Assembly: GCA_947501565.1 (NCBI GenBank)
Contig: CANMWJ010000002.1
Span: forward strand, 348,016-412,015
Origin: an uncultured Marinobacterium sp.
GTDB taxonomy: Bacteria; Pseudomonadota; Gammaproteobacteria; Pseudomonadales; Balneatricaceae
Direction of reading: 5' to 3'
Length of the DNA stretch: 64,000 nt
Of the stretch, positions 59,574-64,000 are shown in pieces (positions within the stretch are counted from its first letter, which is position 1; each line of letters begins with the position of its first letter). Made by a program: the position numbers and the translations under genes. The notes under the pieces are model-generated. The model saw only the letters and a program-made list of their open reading frames with translations. It was not told the origin of the DNA and searched no databases.

Positions 59574-60965
59574 ATGAACCCCGTCAAACAACTCGCTCAC
59601 AGGGATGATGGAGGCATCCGCAAAGCGCTGTACGTAGACTTAGCGGAATATCACCCGAGCAACATAGATAACTTTCATTTTTCAGACTGGGCGTTGGATC
59701 GCGTGACATCTCCCCCGCGCGCCCACGACCATATTCACAACTATCAATATCTGGTGGGATTGGTTTATCTGAGCCACCTCACGGATAAACAACGGCAACA
59801 GGTAATCGACATTGTCAGTCGGGAGTACAACACCATCTGGATCGCGCTGGTCGAACACAACGACCTTCTTGATGCGAACTTCCAGCGTATGATCTGTTGT
59901 AACTTTTACGACTACTTCACACTACCGCTGGACAACAACCTTAACTATCTAAAGGCGACCTTAGGGCACGCTTACGGTATTGCGATGCTTCGTTCGCTGG
60001 AGGCACAGACCAGCCCCGACATGGACCAGGCGGAGATGGTCGGCGCCAGTGAACCGATGCGGCAGGTATTTAACGAGATCCGTAAGGTCGCGAACGTAGA
60101 TGCCCCCGTTATGATCGGTGGCGATACCGGGACCGGTAAGGAGATGGTCGCACGGGCCATTCATCAGCGCTCCACCCGTAATGAGGGGCCCTTTGTCGCC
60201 GTAAACTGCGGTGCCCTGCCCGATACGCTGATTCACGCGGAACTGTTCGGATACGAAAAAGGTGCGTTTACCGGTGCCTATAAACGTAAGATCGGGCGTA
60301 TCGAATCGGCGCAAAACGGCACCATCTTTCTCGACGAGATCGGCGACCTGCCGCTTGAGCTTCAGGTATATCTGCTGCGCTTCTTAGAACAGAAAACCAT
60401 CGAACGGCTGGGCGGTAACGAAAGTCAGCGTGTGAATGCACGTGTGATCGCAGCCACCCATATCGATCTGGAAAAAGCCGTTGAAGAGGGCCGTTTCCGG
60501 GAAGACCTCTACTACCGGTTAAATGTCCTTAACATCCAGATGCCAACGTTGGCGGAACGTTTTGAAGACATTGAGCTGCTCGCCCGCTATTTCTTCAAAA
60601 AGTTCTCCCATGAGTATGAAACCCATGTTGAAGGCTTCTCGAAACAGGCGATCGACGCGATGAATAAGCACAGCTGGCCGGGCAACATCAGGGAGATGCT
60701 TAACCGCGTAAGACGTGCCTTAGTGATGAGTGAGAACCGCCTGATTACACCGGGGGATCTTGGTCTTGGCCAGGGAGAGGAGCAACTGGAGGTGATGTCA
60801 CTGGATGAAGCGCGTAATCACGCCGAGATGCTGGCCGTAAAAAGCGGACTGCACTTCTCCCACCACAACATCACCCAGACCGCAAAGATTCTGGGTGTGT
60901 CCCGCGTCACCCTTTATCGCCTGATCGAAAAATACGGGCTCAAGAAAAATGTTTCAGCACCTTAA
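59574..60965 (+). CDS. Sigma-54-dependent transcriptional activator with uncharacterised N-terminal sensor domain (no REC)
   Basis: GDTGTGKE, GAFTGA and ESELFGY motifs. C-terminal HTH ITQTAKILGVSRVTLYRLI. Confidence 0.8.
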   Translation: MNPVKQLAHRDDGGIRKALYVDLAEYHPSNIDNFHFSDWALDRVTSPPRAHDHIHNYQYLVGLVYLSHLTDKQRQQVIDIVSREYNTIWIALVEHNDLLDANFQRMICCNFYDYFTLPLDNNLNYLKATLGHAYGIAMLRSLEAQTSPDMDQAEMVGASEPMRQVFNEIRKVANVDAPVMIGGDTGTGKEMVARAIHQRSTRNEGPFVAVNCGALPDTLIHAELFGYEKGAFTGAYKRKIGRIESAQNGTIFLDEIGDLPLELQVYLLRFLEQKTIERLGGNESQRVNARVIAATHIDLEKAVEEGRFREDLYYRLNVLNIQMPTLAERFEDIELLARYFFKKFSHEYETHVEGFSKQAIDAMNKHSWPGNIREMLNRVRRALVMSENRLITPGDLGLGQGEEQLEVMSLDEARNHAEMLAVKSGLHFSHHNITQTAKILGVSRVTLYRLIEKYGLKKNVSAP

Positions 60966-61074
60966 CAAAACTGCGCGGCGCTGACGCCGCGCAAATTCTT
61001 AACTCATTGAATTTCAGTAACTTTCATTAATGGCTTAAAGGTTGCTTAATTACCTGTAGGGGACGGAGGTAATT

Positions 61075-61386
61075 ATGCGACATAGCCCTGACAACAGAAA
61101 ACGTCATCAAGACGACGAGGCCGGATCCGGACAACACGCTGGACGACTGCCGGCCAACCACACCGTTAGGGTTGAGCATAACCTTTCGACCTCATCGCCC
61201 TACCTTGTCCCCTCTTTCCGGAGCCGCTCCCGAAGGCTCCTTCATCAGCGCGTTCACTACAGTTCCGGCCCAATTATCCTTCTGTGGGATGAAATTGATG
61301 AACGCCTGCCCTCAACCGACGAAGGCCAGATCTATGAAAACGGCCTGACCCACTCGGATGAAGACGATACAGATCAAGACATTTAA
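61075..61386 (+). CDS. Hypothetical small acidic/low-complexity protein
   Basis: Strong GGAGG SD 7 nt upstream of the ATG. No similarity recognised. Confidence 0.25.
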   Translation: MRHSPDNRKRHQDDEAGSGQHAGRLPANHTVRVEHNLSTSSPYLVPSFRSRSRRLLHQRVHYSSGPIILLWDEIDERLPSTDEGQIYENGLTHSDEDDTDQDI

Positions 61387-61826
61387 AAGACGCCTAAAAA
61401 GTTCCGCATGAACTGATCATTTTTCATTCAATAAAATTGAATTTATATTCCACAACTGTATAAGACATGATCAGTTGTAAATGATAGGATGCGCACCGTT
61501 TATACAGTTTACAGCGTGTAAAGCAGCCGAGATGGGTGACTACGTTGTGGGGAACAGCTGTTAACCTGAGGTGCCGGACTTGGGTAGGGTAGTCTGGCAA
61601 TCAGCGTTAAAGCACATGTTGTTCGTGCTGATCTGCACCCCACTATGGTCCCGTAGCACTCTCCCCTCGCCGCTTCACCGCCCCGAATGACTTACATTCA
61701 TCCACCTTGGACAAGGAAGGTCAGCGGGCACAGTGATGTTATCTGGATGCAGGGTTCTCACGACGAGATAAGTCCATTCGGTTAAACGCCTGCGGGAAAA
61801 CAGTACCGCAGTGTTACATCGGAAAG

Positions 61827-61925
61827 ATCCTCTCCGGATAAAGGCACAGCCTGTGAAAGCAGGTGTCGCAAAGTTACGGGTCCCATCTTTGTTGTGGGGA
61901 CGGCCGCACTGCCCATGGAGAGCAT
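61827..61925 (+). promoter_or_regulatory. Second c-di-GMP-I (GEMM)-like riboswitch candidate
   Basis: CCTCTCC-GGATAAA-GGCACAGCC-TGT(GAAA)GCAGG-TGTCGCAAAG-TTACGGGTCCC...GGAGAG shares P1, the GNRA hairpin, the CGCAAAG junction and the ACGGGTCCC block with the element at 49433. Lies 65 nt upstream of ATG 61988. Confidence 0.5.
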
Positions 61926-61987
61926 ACCCTCGCTGATCAGTACGTAGTTTGAGGATCTTTCGCAATTTTTTTAATGCGGAGATTCTT

Positions 61988-64000
61988 ATGACGCGTTGCG
62001 CGCCTTCACATCTGCTGGCCACCCTCGGCCTGAGTTCTGCCCTACTGCTTACACCGGGTTTTGCTGTAGCAGCCCAGCACGATAACCACGCTGGACACAA
62101 TCACGCCCATGGCAAAACACCTGATTTCGCACAATCTGCGCTGAACCGTGCTCAGGCAACCGCAGCAACCACAGACCTCATCAACGCCCGTAAAGCCTGG
62201 GCGCAGTCCCGTGGTGCTGCTAACAAAGAAGCAACGCTGGAAAAGCTGATTGCTAAGGCCGAAGCACGCCGTGAGAAACTCGCACAGCTGGTACGTCAAA
62301 ACCCGGCGGCGGCTATTGGCCTCGCACTCAACGAAGATCTACGTAACAGCATGCCCGCCGAAGTACAGGAAAAGCTGGAACAAAAGCTCGACGTACAAGG
62401 CACATTGGAATCTACCTACGAACACTTTGACGATGGCAGCTATCAGCTACGCCAGTTTGTGACCACAGCATCCGGTGAGCGCTTTGAGCTGCATACCGCG
62501 GGCAAACACAAAGAAGTTCTCACCGGACAGCAGGCTCAACTGAACGGTTTGTTGATCGGCGGCGACAGCGAGACCGACGGCCAGATTGCGATCGCGTCCG
62601 CTGACGATATCCTCACCATGGGTGCTACCGGTGGTGACAACGGAGGTACACCAGGGCCTCTGCCCAATGCATTTGGTGAGCGCAAGGTTGCTGTCATCAT
62701 GGTGAACTCCCAGGATGCGACAGACACCCCATGGACCAAAGCCCAGCTGCAGGATATGTTTTTCAATCAGGCCAGCGACTTCTTCCATGAAAACTCCTAT
62801 GGCCAGACCTGGCTGACCGGTGACGTACTTGGCTGGTACACCCTGCCGATCGATACTGCGTCCAGCTGCCCAAGCAACTTCACCGATGTCGCCGATGCCG
62901 AAGTCGCCGCCTCCGGTGTTGATCTTTCAGCATACGGCCACCTTGTCTATATCATCCCAACGACCAGCCGTTGCGCGAGCGACTCCAGTAACGTTGGCGG
63001 TGCACCTTCGCGCACTCGCATCCGTTCTGCGGACAGCATCCGCGTGGTCACCCATGAGTTGGGCCACGCACTGGGCCTTGGGCATGCCAATGCACTCGAT
63101 TGCGAAGGTGACGTGCTTTCTACCAACTGTAAGGACGCGGCCTACGGCGATATCTACGATGTCATGGGCAAAAACTTTGGCCATCTGAACGCGTTCAATA
63201 AACAAAAGCTCGGTTGGCTTGGTTACAACCAGTCACCCCCGGTGACCACAGTAACCACTGATGGTACCTACGAGATCGCACCATTGGAGAGCAACGATGG
63301 TCGCAGCAAAGCGCTTAAAATCTTCAAAGGGGTTGATTCCGCGACCGGCAAGAACAGCTGGTACTACCTGGAATACCGTCAGCCGATCGGCTTCGATGCG
63401 CTGCTGTTTGAACCAGAGCCGTACTACTACCCGGAGCAGCTTGAAAACGGTGTGGTGGTCCATACCGGTGTAGACGGTGCGTACTACAGCTACATGCTCG
63501 ATATGACACCCGACAGCTCACCCATCTCAGTATATGACCTGCAGGACCCTGTACTGGAGATCGGTAACAGCTATACAGACTCAGACGCGGGCGTAACCAT
63601 TACGCCGGTTGCCAGCGATAACAGCGGCATTACCGTGAGCATCAGCTTCACCAATGGCGGTGGTGGCGGTGACACTGGAGGCAGCACCAATACAGCACCA
63701 GTGGCAGCAAACGACACTGCCAGCACTCAGGAAGGTAACGCGGTTACCATCCCAGTGTTGTCTAACGACTACGATGCTGACAGCGACAGCCTGAGTATTA
63801 CCGGTACCAGCGGTGTTAACGGCAGTGCGCAGATCTCCGGCGGTAACATTGTCTTTACACCTAGCTACGGATTCAGCGGTACTGAGACCTTCAGTTACAG
63901 CATTTCCGATGGTAATGGCGGCAGTGACACCGCTACTGTCAGCGTAATCGTTGAAAGTGTTGCAACGAATACCGCACCTGTAGCGGCTAACGACAGTGCC
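61988..64000 (+). CDS. Secreted zinc metalloprotease-like protein (HExxHxxGxxH metzincin motif) with C-terminal cadherin-like/VCBS repeats; 3' end beyond window
   Basis: Open frame from ATG 61988 to the window end, absent from the ORF track because there is no stop. GGAG SD. Signal peptide, His-rich HDNHAGHNHAHG, HELGHALGLGHA, then repeats NTAPVAANDTASTQEGNAVTIPVLSNDYDADSDSL... Confidence 0.7.
   Translation, partial: MTRCAPSHLLATLGLSSALLLTPGFAVAAQHDNHAGHNHAHGKTPDFAQSALNRAQATAATTDLINARKAWAQSRGAANKEATLEKLIAKAEARREKLAQLVRQNPAAAIGLALNEDLRNSMPAEVQEKLEQKLDVQGTLESTYEHFDDGSYQLRQFVTTASGERFELHTAGKHKEVLTGQQAQLNGLLIGGDSETDGQIAIASADDILTMGATGGDNGGTPGPLPNAFGERKVAVIMVNSQDATDTPWTKAQLQDMFFNQASDFFHENSYGQTWLTGDVLGWYTLPIDTASSCPSNFTDVADAEVAASGVDLSAYGHLVYIIPTTSRCASDSSNVGGAPSRTRIRSADSIRVVTHELGHALGLGHANALDCEGDVLSTNCKDAAYGDIYDVMGKNFGHLNAFNKQKLGWLGYNQSPPVTTVTTDGTYEIAPLESNDGRSKALKIFKGVDSATGKNSWYYLEYRQPIGFDALLFEPEPYYYPEQLENGVVVHTGVDGAYYSYMLDMTPDSSPISVYDLQDPVLEIGNSYTDSDAGVTITPVASDNSGITVSISFTNGGGGGDTGGSTNTAPVAANDTASTQEGNAVTIPVLSNDYDADSDSLSITGTSGVNGSAQISGGNIVFTPSYGFSGTETFSYSISDGNGGSDTATVSVIVESVATNTAPVAANDSA

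Noticed and set aside
1-64000. Genomic island, prophage or mobile element carrying the rtc or qhp modules
   Set aside because: No integrase, transposase, recombinase or phage structural gene is present. The tRNA-like sequences have no direct-repeat partner in the window. GC content appears uniform.

Overview
This window is a 64-kb chromosomal segment from a high-GC Gammaproteobacterium, inferred from REP-rich intergenic DNA and Pseudomonas/Oceanospirillales-like gene content. I found no transposase, integrase, phage genes, rRNA or CRISPR array. The content is mostly amine catabolism, RNA repair and signalling.

Main content:
- Two paralogous quinohemoprotein amine dehydrogenase (QHNDH) clusters, qhpA-qhpD-qhpC-qhpB.
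  - Cluster 1 (15647..20299, minus strand) is followed by a porin, a GAF/sigma-54 activator and the maturation genes qhpF (ABC exporter), qhpE (S8 protease) and qhpG (FAD monooxygenase).
  - Cluster 2 (37183..41771, minus strand) has only the four structural/maturase genes.
- Two NAD aldehyde dehydrogenase genes: one has a textbook sigma-54 promoter, the other is paired with a porin paralog.
- Two RtcB RNA-repair systems: RtcB2-PrfH, and an RtcR-controlled SPFH-rtcB-rtcA operon whose leader carries two tandem tRNA-like elements.
- A 2140-aa Ser/Thr-kinase-AAA-TPR-GAF-PAS-hybrid histidine kinase next to an OmpR-family response regulator.
- Two candidate c-di-GMP-I (GEMM) riboswitches. One precedes an Flp-pilin-like Gly/Ser-rich protein; the other precedes a secreted metzincin/cadherin-repeat protein that runs off the window end.
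- Aer aerotaxis receptor, a NaChBac-like voltage-gated channel, cytochrome c'/b561, an HDOD protein, orphan gspA-gspB, an ECF sigma factor, GST, GNAT, crotonase and a ChaN-like lipoprotein.
- Five REP loci of two sequence families, including a 0.6-kb REP cluster containing a ~255-bp tandem duplication.

The six-frame ORF track extends ORFs to the furthest upstream GTG/TTG. Several starts were re-set to internal ATGs that have Shine-Dalgarno (SD) sequences.
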